64,000 nt of DNA from an uncultured Gammaproteobacteria bacterium (GTDB lineage: Bacteria; Pseudomonadota; Gammaproteobacteria; Xanthomonadales; SZUA-36): positions 81,753 through 145,752 of the forward strand of contig CAVXYY010000018.1 in assembly GCA_963766195.1 (NCBI GenBank), written 5' to 3'. Position 1 is the first letter of the stretch. Each line of letters opens with the position of its first letter. Shown here piece by piece: positions 19,081 through 28,149 of this stretch. The notes under the pieces are model-generated. The model was not told the DNA's origin, made no database searches, and saw only the letters and a program-made list of their open reading frames with translations. The translations under genes were made by a program, and so were the position numbers.

Positions 19081-22000
19081 CTACGCCTTCACCAACCGGA
19101 GAGGAACATCCTGCTGGGATATTTCATTGCTCGCCGCCAGGTTCTTCGGAATGATGTAAACCCAGTGCGGCAGCATTAACTCCCAGGAATCCAGCACCCT
19201 GCGGCCCCATTCGCTGCCAGTCTGGGCCACGTGGGTGGAGATCAATCCCTTGAGGCGCCTGCGGGGGGCATCGAAGCGCTGATCCTCGAGTGGGGAAGAA
19301 ACCACGAACTCGGGATTGAGATGGCGCTCCGTTTGCCGGTTCGGATCGAGCAGGAACAGCTCGCCTCCGGTCATCCCCGCTGCAAGGTTGGGGCCGAAAG
19401 GACCCATGATGACGACCGTGCCTCCGGTCATGTACTCGCAGGCATGGTGGCCGGCGCCCTCGATCACGGCCCGGGCGCCGGAGTTGCGAACCGCAAACCG
19501 TTCACCGGCGTGTCCATTGGCAAAAAACTCACCCCCGGTGGCGCCGTACAGGCAGGCGTTTCCACAGATAACGTTGCGGCGGGCGAGTTCACGATCAGCA
19601 TCCGCGGTCGTCAGTACGATGCGCCCTCCGGACATGCCTTTTCCAACATAGTCATTGGCATCACCTTCCAGGTGGATGGAAATACCCGGCATGTTCCAGC
19701 AACCCAGGCTCTGACCCGCGGTGCCGGTCAAATTTACCCTCAGAGAATCTTCCGCCAGACCTTCCCGGCCATGCACGCGGGCGACTTCACCGGACAGGCT
19801 GGCGCCCACCGTGCGGTCATAGTTATGGATGCCGAAATGCCCGGACCATTTTTCCCTGCGCTCCACGGCATCTCGCGCGGCAGCGAGAATTTCCTGGTTG
19901 AGGCGGCCGGAATCAAACGGTGGATTGCTCTTGACCGTGCAATAAGGCTGGTTCCTGTTGCGCGTGGCGGCCGAGGCGAGGATGGCACTGAAGTCAAGCG
20001 CCTGCTGCTTTGCGGTGTTTCCGGGTAATTGTTCAAGCAAGTCACTGCGGCCAATGACATCGGTAAAATTCCGGAGTCCGAGGCTGGCGAGGATTTCCCG
20101 GACATCCCGCGCAATGAAGCGGAAATACTGCATGACGCGCTCGGGCAGGCCATGGAAGTGTTCGGCTCGCAGCTGTTTGTTCTGGGTTGCGATGCCGGTG
20201 GCGCAATTATTCAGGTGGCAGATGCGCAGGTACTTACAGCCAAGCGCGACCATCGGGCCGGTTCCGAATCCGAAACTTTCCGCCCCCAAAATACCCGCTT
20301 TAACGACGTCCAGGCCGGTTTTCAGGCCACCATCCACCTGCAGGCGAATTTTATGCCGCAGACCGTTTTCGACCAGCGCCTGGTGGGTTTCAGCAAGACC
20401 CAGCTCCCACGGCAAGCCGGCATATTTCACCGAACTCAGCGGGCTGGCGCCGGTCCCGCCATCATACCCGGCAATCGTGATGAGGTCCGCGTAAGCTTTT
20501 GCCACGCCCACGGCAATGGTTCCTACCCCCGCGCCGGAAACCAGCTTGACGGAGACCAGTGCCCGGGGATTGACCATTTTCAAATCGAAAATCAGCTGGG
20601 AAAGGTCCTCGATCGAATAGATGTCGTGATGCGGCGGCGGCGAAATCAACGTGACGCCGGGTGTCGAACAACGCAACGCGGCAATTTCCGCGGTCACCTT
20701 GTGGCCCGGCAGCTGCCCGCCCTCCCCGGGCTTGGCGCCCTGGGCAACCTTGATCTGCAGAACATCGGCGTTGACCAGGTAATGGGCATTGACGCCGAAA
20801 CGCCCCGAGGCGACCTGCTTGATCCGGGAATTCTTTTCCGTTTTGAAGCGTACCGGATCTTCCCCCCCCTCACCCGAATTCGAACGGCCGCCCAAGCGGT
20901 TCATCGCGATTGCCAGGGACTCGTGCGCCTCGGGCGAAAGCGCACCGATCGACATGGCGGCAGTGTCAAAGCGCGGAAACAGGTTGTCTTCACTTTCGAC
21001 CCGGCTGACCGGTAGTGGCTTATCTGATGGCTTGAGCGCCAGCAGGTCGCGAATGGCCAGGGCTGGCCGGTGATTGACACTGTCCGCAAATTTACGGTAG
21101 TCAGCCCACTCGCCGCTCGCCACCGCCTGCTGAAGCTGCATGACCACATCAGGGTTATAAGCGTGCTGTTCTCCGCCATGCATATAACGATAAATCCCGT
21201 CACGCGCTGGCCGTGTCTGTTCGGTCCAGGCCAGGTTGGCGACTTTGCGCAAATCACTCTCGAGCTCGGCGAAACCGGCGCCGGCAATCTTGGAGGTCAC
21301 CTTTGGACAGCAAAGTTCGATCACTTCCGGCGCCAGGCCGACGGCTTCGAACAACTGAGACCCGCGGTAGCTGGCCATCGTGCAGATGCCCATTTTGGAC
21401 AGGATTTTCAGCAGACCTTTGCGGATTCCACGGCGGTAATTTTTGCGCAACTCGATCGGATCACCCTCCAGCGCACCGGATTCCTGTTGCTGATTGATGG
21501 TCTGGAAAGCGAGATAGGGATAGATGGCCGTAGCGCCCAGACCGAGCAGCACCGCGTATTGGTGCGGATCCCGGGCGGAACCGGTTTCGATCAGGATGTT
21601 GGAGTTCGGCCGTTCGCTGGCCTTCAGCAGCGCCTGGTGGACCGCACCGACGGCCAGCGGCGCAGGAATTGGCAGCCGGTCGCGGGCGATATCCCGGTCG
21701 CTGAGCACGATAATGGTCGCACCACCCTGAATGGCGCTGACACAGCCTTCAACCAGCTTTTCAAGCGCTGCGCGAAGGTCGAGTGTGGCGGGTTCATAGT
21801 TGAGGCTGAATCGAACATTCCGGTAATACCGCTGGTCCAGGCCCAGCAGCGTCTGGTATTTAACATAATTCAACACCGGCCAGGGCAGCAGCACCCGGAA
21901 AGCATGTGAAGCTGTTTCGTTGAACACGTTGTGCTCACGGCCAATGCAGGTTTCCAGCGACATGACCGCCGATTCCCTCAGAGGATCGATCGGCGGGTTG

Positions 22001-23571
22001 GTGACCTGGGCGAAAGATTGCCGGAAATAATCGTAAATGGATCTGTTTCGCTCGGAAAGCACCGCCACGGGCGTGTCGTCGCCCATCGAACCCACCGGCT
22101 CCTGCGATTCCAGCGCCATCGGCATGATGATGGTTTCAATTTCCTCGGCGCCCAGGCCGAACATTTTCTGGTAAGCCGGTACCTGCTCCGAGGACTCACG
22201 CATGAACTTGCTGGCGGCCTTGCGTTCCTGGTCGTCGTTGTTCCAGACCCTAAGGACGTTTTCGGTCATCCACTCGCGGTAGGCGTGCCTTGCTTTCAGG
22301 CTGTCGTCAATGGCGTTGTTCTTCCAAAACCTGCCGGTCTCTGTGTCCACGGCGATCATTTCACCCGGCCCGAGGCGGCCCCGGCGCTTGATTCGCTCGG
22401 GTGGGCAATCCCAGACGCCGGTCTCCGAAGCGACGGTAAAAATGCCGTCATGCGTGATGCTGTAACGTGCCGGGCGCAGGCCGTTGCGGTCCATGTTGCA
22501 ACTGGCGATCGTGCCATTGGTGGAGACCACGCCGGCCGGGCCGTCCCAGGGCTCCTGGTGCATGGAATTGAATTCCAGGAACGCCTTCAGATCGGAATCC
22601 ATGTCATCACGGATCGCGGGCGGCAGCAGCAGGCGCATCGCGCGGAACACGTCCATGCCTCCCGCCAGGAAAACCTCGAGCAGATTATCCAGCGACGAGG
22701 AATCGGAGCCATCGCCGTTCACCAGGTGTGAGAGCTTTTCCAGGGCGGGCAGCAGGGGGGAGTAAAGTATCCCGGAACGGGCGTTAGCCCAGTCCCGGTT
22801 GGCGTTTACGCTGTTGATCTCACCGTTGTGGGCAAGATACCGGAACGGCTGAGCGTAATTCCAGCGCGGCAAAGTATTGGTTGAAAACCGCTGATGACAT
22901 ATGCCGATCGAGCTGGTCATGCGCTCATCGAGCAAGTCAGGGTAGAAATCACCCAGGTGCTCGGCCTGCACCAGGCCCTTGTAGACCATGGTCAGGTTGG
23001 AAAGCGTTACCACGTAATAATAGGGGTCCGGGTCCGGCAGCCTGCGTTCTTCTTCAAAAGCCAGTCGCCGGGCGGCGAATAGCTGGCGCTCGATGTCATG
23101 CGGCTGCCATCCCGCCGGTGCGTTGACGAAAACCTGGTAAATGGCCGGCATGCTTTCGAGTGCCTGCTCACCCACGACTTCCGGCCGGGTCGGGACTTCA
23201 CGCCAGCCCACCACGTCAAGTGCTGAACGAGCCAGGTGGCGGGTCAGAATCTGCTGTCCGCGCTCGATGAGCGCCGGGTCGGGGGTAAAAAATACCAGCC
23301 CTGAAGCAAACCGCTCCGCCAGCCTGAACCCGCATTCCCCCGCGACTTCACGCAGGAAAGGTTCCGGAAATTGCAGCATGATGCCGCAGCCATCTCCCGA
23401 CTTGCCATCCGCCGCAACGGCCCCCCTGTGGGTCAGGCGTGCCAGCGACTTCAACGTAGTCTGAACCAGCCAGTGGCTTTTTTCGCCGTCCATATGCGCC
23501 AGGAGTGCGAATCCGCAACTGTCCCTGAAATCTTTTACAGGGTCATGTAACTTGGCGATTTTACGAGACAA
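19081..23571 (-). CDS. gltB: Glutamate synthase (NADPH) large subunit
   Basis: Amidotransferase N-terminus CGFALLAHMDGEKSH, an FMN/Fe-S domain and a C-terminal GXGXG domain. The start is placed at TTG 23571 (MSRKIAKLHDP...), 6 nt after GGGAG, giving 1496 aa. The tracked ORF runs on to 23733 through an AT-rich non-coding-looking stretch. Confidence 0.93.
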   Translation of the reverse strand: MSRKIAKLHDPVKDFRDSCGFALLAHMDGEKSHWLVQTTLKSLARLTHRGAVAADGKSGDGCGIMLQFPEPFLREVAGECGFRLAERFASGLVFFTPDPALIERGQQILTRHLARSALDVVGWREVPTRPEVVGEQALESMPAIYQVFVNAPAGWQPHDIERQLFAARRLAFEEERRLPDPDPYYYVVTLSNLTMVYKGLVQAEHLGDFYPDLLDERMTSSIGICHQRFSTNTLPRWNYAQPFRYLAHNGEINSVNANRDWANARSGILYSPLLPALEKLSHLVNGDGSDSSSLDNLLEVFLAGGMDVFRAMRLLLPPAIRDDMDSDLKAFLEFNSMHQEPWDGPAGVVSTNGTIASCNMDRNGLRPARYSITHDGIFTVASETGVWDCPPERIKRRGRLGPGEMIAVDTETGRFWKNNAIDDSLKARHAYREWMTENVLRVWNNDDQERKAASKFMRESSEQVPAYQKMFGLGAEEIETIIMPMALESQEPVGSMGDDTPVAVLSERNRSIYDYFRQSFAQVTNPPIDPLRESAVMSLETCIGREHNVFNETASHAFRVLLPWPVLNYVKYQTLLGLDQRYYRNVRFSLNYEPATLDLRAALEKLVEGCVSAIQGGATIIVLSDRDIARDRLPIPAPLAVGAVHQALLKASERPNSNILIETGSARDPHQYAVLLGLGATAIYPYLAFQTINQQQESGALEGDPIELRKNYRRGIRKGLLKILSKMGICTMASYRGSQLFEAVGLAPEVIELCCPKVTSKIAGAGFAELESDLRKVANLAWTEQTRPARDGIYRYMHGGEQHAYNPDVVMQLQQAVASGEWADYRKFADSVNHRPALAIRDLLALKPSDKPLPVSRVESEDNLFPRFDTAAMSIGALSPEAHESLAIAMNRLGGRSNSGEGGEDPVRFKTEKNSRIKQVASGRFGVNAHYLVNADVLQIKVAQGAKPGEGGQLPGHKVTAEIAALRCSTPGVTLISPPPHHDIYSIEDLSQLIFDLKMVNPRALVSVKLVSGAGVGTIAVGVAKAYADLITIAGYDGGTGASPLSSVKYAGLPWELGLAETHQALVENGLRHKIRLQVDGGLKTGLDVVKAGILGAESFGFGTGPMVALGCKYLRICHLNNCATGIATQNKQLRAEHFHGLPERVMQYFRFIARDVREILASLGLRNFTDVIGRSDLLEQLPGNTAKQQALDFSAILASAATRNRNQPYCTVKSNPPFDSGRLNQEILAAARDAVERREKWSGHFGIHNYDRTVGASLSGEVARVHGREGLAEDSLRVNLTGTAGQSLGCWNMPGISIHLEGDANDYVGKGMSGGRIVLTTADADRELARRNVICGNACLYGATGGEFFANGHAGERFAVRNSGARAVIEGAGHHACEYMTGGTVVIMGPFGPNLAAGMTGGELFLLDPNRQTERHLNPEFVVSSPLEDQRFDAPRRRLKGLISTHVAQTGSEWGRRVLDSWELMLPHWVYIIPKNLAASNEISQQDVPLRLVKA

Positions 23572-23587
23572 ATCAGCTCCCGGGAGA

Positions 23588-23619
23588 CAAAAAACGAAAG
23601 GCGGGGCCGTCAGTCCCGC
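23588..23619 (-). promoter_or_regulatory. Possible leader hairpin plus U-run just upstream of gltB
   Basis: On the minus strand, GCGGG-actgacggc-CCCGC is followed by CTTTCGTTTTTTG. It ends about 17 nt before the gltB start. The stem is short (5-6 bp), so this call is weak. Confidence 0.25.
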
Positions 23620-23758
23620 AGCTTCCAATCTAGCCGAACGCCAATCATTGTGATATTTAATATTTTGAATATAATAATGCTTATTATTAATAATGAGGAT
23701 CCGTTCACGTGGGTAATTTGACCCGCGAAGCAAGACACCGTTTCCCTATAATGGGGAA

Positions 23759-25306
23759 ATGAGTCTTGCTGGAATGAGAAAATGGCTGCTACCGCTGGCC
23801 CTCGTGCTGGTGGGCGGGCTGGCTTATTTGACGTGGAATCACCTCGCGCCGCCCGCCGGGTCAGAACCCGGGAAAGAACCCGGGCTCGATAAACCAGAGC
23901 GCCCACAGATCTACCTGGGTCCCGCAAATTCGATTGCCGTGCTGCGGTTCACCGGTGATCCGGCAGGTCAGGAACCAGAATTCTGGTCTTTTGGTTTTTC
24001 CCGGGAGTTGTACCGCCTGGTTACCAGAGCGCCCGGGTTACAGGTCACCTCGCATAATTCCTCTTTTTTCTTCGAAAGCCAGTCCGTTCCTCTACCCATC
24101 ATTGCGGAGCGATTGCAGACGCGCTACCTGCTGTCGGGTGAAATACGGGTCTCCGGCGGGCAGATGCAGGTTAGTGCAAGCCTATTCGATGTCAAAAAGA
24201 AAGAGGATGCCTGGTCCCACAGTTTTGAAGGGAGTATTGGTGACGCCTTTATGATCCAGGATGAAATCCTGGCTGATGTCTTGGAAACCATTGCGCCACG
24301 ACGGCTGGACGAGATGCCGTATTCACGGCCGGTCAGCAGCGAAGCCTGGGCAGCCTACCTGGAAGGCCTTTACTACCGTGAACAGAAAACAAAGGCTGGT
24401 TTCGAGGCGGCTGAACAGGCTTTCCTGACGGCGATCGGGGTTGAACCGGACTTCGCGATGGCCCAGGTGGGGCTGGCCGCATTATGGCTGGAAATCAGCA
24501 GCTTCGGGGTGGGGGATGTGACCCGGGTTGAACAGGCGCGGCAGGCGCTGGATGCCGCACTCCTGTCCGAACCCGACTTGCCGGAGGCGCTCGGATTGCT
24601 GAGTTATATCCAACGGAACCTGGATTGGAATTGGACCGCGGCATTGGAAACGGCCAGGCAGGCAGTCCTTCTGAGTCCCGGCGACCCGGAATTGATGGGC
24701 ACCGCCAGCCTGGCGATGTTTTCCCTGGGGCAATTTGAAAAAGCCGGTGATTTGCTCGCTGCCTCTGCCGCTCAGGACCCTGTGAACCTGGTGCGGAGGC
24801 TGCAGCTGGGCTTGCTGCAGGAATTTTCCGGCCAATATGATGAAGCCCTGGGCAGTTATCGCCAGATCATTGGCCTGAACCCGGATTTTCCGGGCGTGCG
24901 AGCCTTCCGGGCGCGGGTGAAGATCATCCAGGACAAGCCGGAATCCGCTCTGAAAGAGAGCGAGTTGGAAGTAGACCCGTTCTGGAAGCGTTATTCATTG
25001 ATCCTCGCCTATTCAGCGCTGGGCCGGGATGATGAGGCGCTGCCGCTGCTGGATCAGATGATTGCCGCAGACGGGGAGCGTTCGGCCTACCAGGTTGCCG
25101 AGATCCTGTCGTTCCGCGGCGCCGTTGACCCCGCTTTTGAATGGCTGCAACGGGCCTACGAGCAGAAGGACGGCGGAATGAGCGAAGTGATCGGTAACTT
25201 TTTTCTCAACAATCTTCATGCCGACACCAGGTGGGCAGGCTTTTTGAACCAGATGGGCCTGCCAACCGGCGGGACCGGCCAGGCCACCGCAACGCCTTCT
25301 GATTGA
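23759..25306 (+). CDS. Membrane-anchored protein with a TolB-N-like domain and C-terminal TPR repeats
   Basis: One N-terminal TM segment (LLPLALVLVGGLAYL), then IAVLRFTG...FGFSRELYRLV...RYLLSGEIRVSGGQMQVSASLFD, then TPR-like repeats. It is a paralogue of the protein at 47468-49306. Confidence 0.7.
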   Translation: MSLAGMRKWLLPLALVLVGGLAYLTWNHLAPPAGSEPGKEPGLDKPERPQIYLGPANSIAVLRFTGDPAGQEPEFWSFGFSRELYRLVTRAPGLQVTSHNSSFFFESQSVPLPIIAERLQTRYLLSGEIRVSGGQMQVSASLFDVKKKEDAWSHSFEGSIGDAFMIQDEILADVLETIAPRRLDEMPYSRPVSSEAWAAYLEGLYYREQKTKAGFEAAEQAFLTAIGVEPDFAMAQVGLAALWLEISSFGVGDVTRVEQARQALDAALLSEPDLPEALGLLSYIQRNLDWNWTAALETARQAVLLSPGDPELMGTASLAMFSLGQFEKAGDLLAASAAQDPVNLVRRLQLGLLQEFSGQYDEALGSYRQIIGLNPDFPGVRAFRARVKIIQDKPESALKESELEVDPFWKRYSLILAYSALGRDDEALPLLDQMIAADGERSAYQVAEILSFRGAVDPAFEWLQRAYEQKDGGMSEVIGNFFLNNLHADTRWAGFLNQMGLPTGGTGQATATPSD

Positions 25307-25309
25307 TGG

Positions 25310-26455
25310 TCACAGAAGTCGTTTCCAGGCGCCGACCAGTTCATCAGCCGCCCGGTCAACGTGAATTTTCGTGGTGCCACGGCCGAGCGTCAGTCGAACG
25401 CTGCCCGCCGCTGATTCCAGCGGGATACCCATCGCCAGGATGACCGCGGACGCTGAGTCCTTTCCTTCGTGACAGGCAGAGCCAGTGGATGCGGCGACAG
25501 CCGGGCATTCCGCCAGCAGGGCATTGCCGGAAACCCCGGGAAAGCGGACGTTCAGCGTGTTGGGCAAACGATCGACGGGATGTCCGTTGAGGGCCAGGCC
25601 GGGAATCTGCCCGTTCAGACGGTCCCACAGGTGATCGCGCAGGGCGGTGATGCGCAAAGACTCCTTCGCCAGGTCCCGGTGTGCGATCGCGCAAGCCCGG
25701 CCCAGGCCGGCGATGGCGGCAACGTTTTCGGTGCCCGGGCGCAGGCCGCGTTCATGCCCGGCGCCCAGCAGCAAGGGTTCAATGCCGGTCCCGGAGCGAA
25801 CGAATAGTGCCCCGACGCCTTGCGGCGCGTAAAGCTTGTGCCCTGCAACCGACAACAGGTCCACCCCTTCGCGTCGCACGGATACGGCAACCTTGCCAAG
25901 AGACTGGGCTGCATCGGTATGCATCAGCGCGCCCGATGCATGGGCGATTCCGGCTATTTCACCAATGGCCTGCAGTGTGCCCGTTTCGCTGTTGGCATGC
26001 ATGACCGTGACCAGGAGGGTGTTCCCGCCAATGACCGAACGGATATCCGGCAGCTTCACGGCGCCCGCTTCATCCACGGCTACCCGGTCTACCTGGTACC
26101 CCTGGCCCTCGAGAAAAGCGCAGGGACCGGAGGTCGCCGGGTGCTCGATTACAGAGGTTACGATGTGCTGACGGCCGGGGTTTGCCGCGGCCACCCCCCG
26201 GATCGCCAGGTTGTTGGCTTCCGTCCCGCCCGAGGTGAAATAAATTTCCCTGGAATGACAATCGATCAGCCGGGCAAGTTGTTCGCGCGCCTGTTCCACG
26301 GCGTCGCGCATGGCCCGGCCATAGACGTGGGTGCTGGAAGGATTGCCATAGTGTTCCGACAGGTACGGCAGCATCGCTTCGAGCACTTCCGGCAACACCG
26401 GTGTGCTCGCATTGTGATCGAGATAGATGGGTTTGAGGAACCTCTGATCAGTCAT
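25310..26455 (-). CDS. Cysteine desulfurase (NifS/IscS-like class V aminotransferase)
   Basis: IYLDHNASTP, GNPSSTH, FTSGGTEANNLAIRG, the PLP lysine in SVAGHKLYAPQGVGALFVR, and the active-site loop ASTGSACHE. Confidence 0.88.
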   Translation of the reverse strand: MTDQRFLKPIYLDHNASTPVLPEVLEAMLPYLSEHYGNPSSTHVYGRAMRDAVEQAREQLARLIDCHSREIYFTSGGTEANNLAIRGVAAANPGRQHIVTSVIEHPATSGPCAFLEGQGYQVDRVAVDEAGAVKLPDIRSVIGGNTLLVTVMHANSETGTLQAIGEIAGIAHASGALMHTDAAQSLGKVAVSVRREGVDLLSVAGHKLYAPQGVGALFVRSGTGIEPLLLGAGHERGLRPGTENVAAIAGLGRACAIAHRDLAKESLRITALRDHLWDRLNGQIPGLALNGHPVDRLPNTLNVRFPGVSGNALLAECPAVAASTGSACHEGKDSASAVILAMGIPLESAAGSVRLTLGRGTTKIHVDRAADELVGAWKRLL

Positions 26456-26523
26456 CTCTCGATGATACGCTGAATAAGAGGGTTAATCCGGGTGCCTGCA
26501 GTGGTCCAAGCTCAGAGTTTGAA

Positions 26524-26916
26524 TCAGGCAGTCTCCAGGCCGGCACTATAGGCGGCAAGATCCTCCATCATCCGCGCGTGCAGGTTTTTGCCTTTCTTGC
26601 TGAGCGACAGGCGACGGACCCGGCGGTCTGATTCGTCGATCACCTGTTTGATCCACCCCCGGCCGCCGCGGGTTTCACCAAGCTGGGAAATCACCCGGGA
26701 TACCGTCTTGGCCGAAAGCCCGGTCAATTGGGCAACCTCGATCTGGGTCGCGCCATCGTTACTGGCGACGCACCAGAATACCGCGTAACTGGAAAGTGAC
26801 GCCTCGGTCTGTCCCAGCAGTTTCAGCGGTTGTGAAAAGGCCCTGGAAAACAGGCCGGTCAATGCCCGTTCAGAAATGACACTGCTGACGCTGATGGGTT
26901 GGTCATTGTTGTTCAT
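26524..26916 (-). CDS. MarR-like winged-helix regulator
   Basis: 130 aa with an HTH (ATQIEVAQLTGLSAKTVSRVISQL) and a wing (DESDRRVRRLSLSKKG). It lies between the photoreceptor-like regulator and the cysteine desulfurase on the same strand. Confidence 0.75.
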   Translation of the reverse strand: MNNNDQPISVSSVISERALTGLFSRAFSQPLKLLGQTEASLSSYAVFWCVASNDGATQIEVAQLTGLSAKTVSRVISQLGETRGGRGWIKQVIDESDRRVRRLSLSKKGKNLHARMMEDLAAYSAGLETA

Positions 26917-26977
26917 TAGATAATCTTAACATACGACAAAGCGAATCATTGACTGTACACGCCCGGCCATTACCGTT

Positions 26978-27892
26978 TTATGACAGCAGTTCATCCATCA
27001 TCTGCAGGCCGTGGTCAATGTCCCGGCCCAGGGCCACAGCACCAGCACGGTTGATGGCATCAAATCCGTATACGGACGAAAGCCCCCCGACCAGGACCGG
27101 CACGCCGGCCTCGCTGACCAGCGCGGGCAGGCTTCTGGAAAGCGTCTTCAAAGAGGGTTCGATCGCACCGGAAAGGAGGATAGCCGAGCAACCTTTCATT
27201 TTTGCTACCGACGCCAGCTCTTCGAGCGGCATGTTGGCTCCGAGTGGAATGATGCGATAACCCGCGGCATCAGCCGCCAGGGCAAACAGAAGTAATCCAA
27301 TCTCGTGGTATTCACACGGCAGCCCTGCCAGCAAAACCAGCGGCCCGCTGTTTATACGTGACCGGTGATGATAGCGGGCACCCAGTTTGTTGCGCAGGTA
27401 GAAAGAGAAAAAATGTTCCTCGGCGATACTGCCTTCCTGGTCTACCCAGCGCAATCCCAATTCAATCAAAAGCGGCGTCAGGAGATTTCGTGTAACCAGC
27501 CCGATCGGATACAGCGACAGCGCCTCGTTGTAAATCTCCTCCAGGCGTACCTCGTCGAACGCAATGATCGCAGCGATCATATTGTTGAGGTAATTCCTCC
27601 AGACATCCGGTTTGCTGTCCTGGCTGGCTGATAAATCGCTTTCCAGCATACCTGGGCTGATCTGGCTGATGCGAACCCCCTGCTGGGTCAGGGCCGTGAT
27701 GCGGTTGATCTGGTCGATGTGCTCACGGGTATACAGCCGGTGACCACTGTCCTTCCTGACCGGCTCTATCAGGCCGTGCCGGCGCTCCCACGCGCGCAGC
27801 GTGATAGCGCCTACACCGGTCAGTTTCGATACGGTGCCAATCGTGTACAGCTTTTCGTCAGGGTAATCCGTCTCGTTTGCTTGTGCGTTCAT
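26978..27892 (-). CDS. carH: MerR-family regulator with a B12-binding domain (CarH/LitR-type light-responsive repressor)
   Basis: MerR HTH (YTIGTVSKLTGVGAITLRAWERRHGLIEP...GHRLYT). W149-x9-E159-H160 (RWVDQEGSIAEEHFF, nt 27413-27448). E-x-H-x-x-G (CEYHEIGLL, nt 27296-27313) followed by a Rossmann-like B12 domain. Confidence 0.8.
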   Translation of the reverse strand: MNAQANETDYPDEKLYTIGTVSKLTGVGAITLRAWERRHGLIEPVRKDSGHRLYTREHIDQINRITALTQQGVRISQISPGMLESDLSASQDSKPDVWRNYLNNMIAAIIAFDEVRLEEIYNEALSLYPIGLVTRNLLTPLLIELGLRWVDQEGSIAEEHFFSFYLRNKLGARYHHRSRINSGPLVLLAGLPCEYHEIGLLLFALAADAAGYRIIPLGANMPLEELASVAKMKGCSAILLSGAIEPSLKTLSRSLPALVSEAGVPVLVGGLSSVYGFDAINRAGAVALGRDIDHGLQMMDELLS

Positions 27893-27939
27893 TAGTAATC
27901 TCGTGGGAATTAGCTTTTAAAGAAATAATGCATTTGTAA

Positions 27940-27970
27940 ATACTATACATTATATATACACGTTTGGCAA
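27940..27970 (-). promoter_or_regulatory. Putative sigma70 promoter of the carH-like gene overlapped by two tandem 11-bp repeats
   Basis: Minus strand: TTGCCA (27970-27965), 17-nt spacer, TATAGT (27947-27942). Plus-strand repeats ATACTATACAT (27940-27950) and TATATATACAC (27951-27961) cover the spacer and -10. Confidence 0.5.
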
Positions 27971-27997
27971 AATAATTAAATAAACACAAAATAATAC

Positions 27998-28036
27998 TTG
28001 CAATAACTATACAGTAACTGTACATTACTTCATGCT
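27998..28036 (+). promoter_or_regulatory. Putative sigma70 promoter of the 28150-37493 operon overlapped by tandem 11-bp direct repeats (candidate CarH operator)
   Basis: TTGCAA (27998-28003), 17-nt spacer, TACATT (28021-28026). Repeats TAACTATACAG (28004-28014), TAACTGTACAT (28015-28025) and degenerate TACTTCATGCT (28026-28036). The first two fit nAnnTnnACAn exactly. Confidence 0.55.
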
Positions 28037-28149
28037 CCAGTAACGAAGAACGTTGACGGAGCTGAATTTAAGGCGGTTTTTAGACTTTTTCGGACCAGCG
28101 ACCGCCGCAGATGACACAAAAATTGTACAAAACTTAATAGGAGATTCAC

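Noticed and set aside
19231-22731. A series of 178-328-aa plus-strand ORFs (19231, 19958, 20029, 21070, 21931 and others)
   Set aside because: All are shadow frames opposite gltB, which is continuous and full length on the minus strand.
23572-23733. N-terminal 54-codon extension of gltB in the tracked ORF
   Set aside because: The extension runs through the AT-rich promoter-like region (…RILIINNKHYYIQNIKYHND…) and has no counterpart in GltB proteins. A TTG with a GGGAG RBS lies just before the conserved CGF amidotransferase N-terminus.
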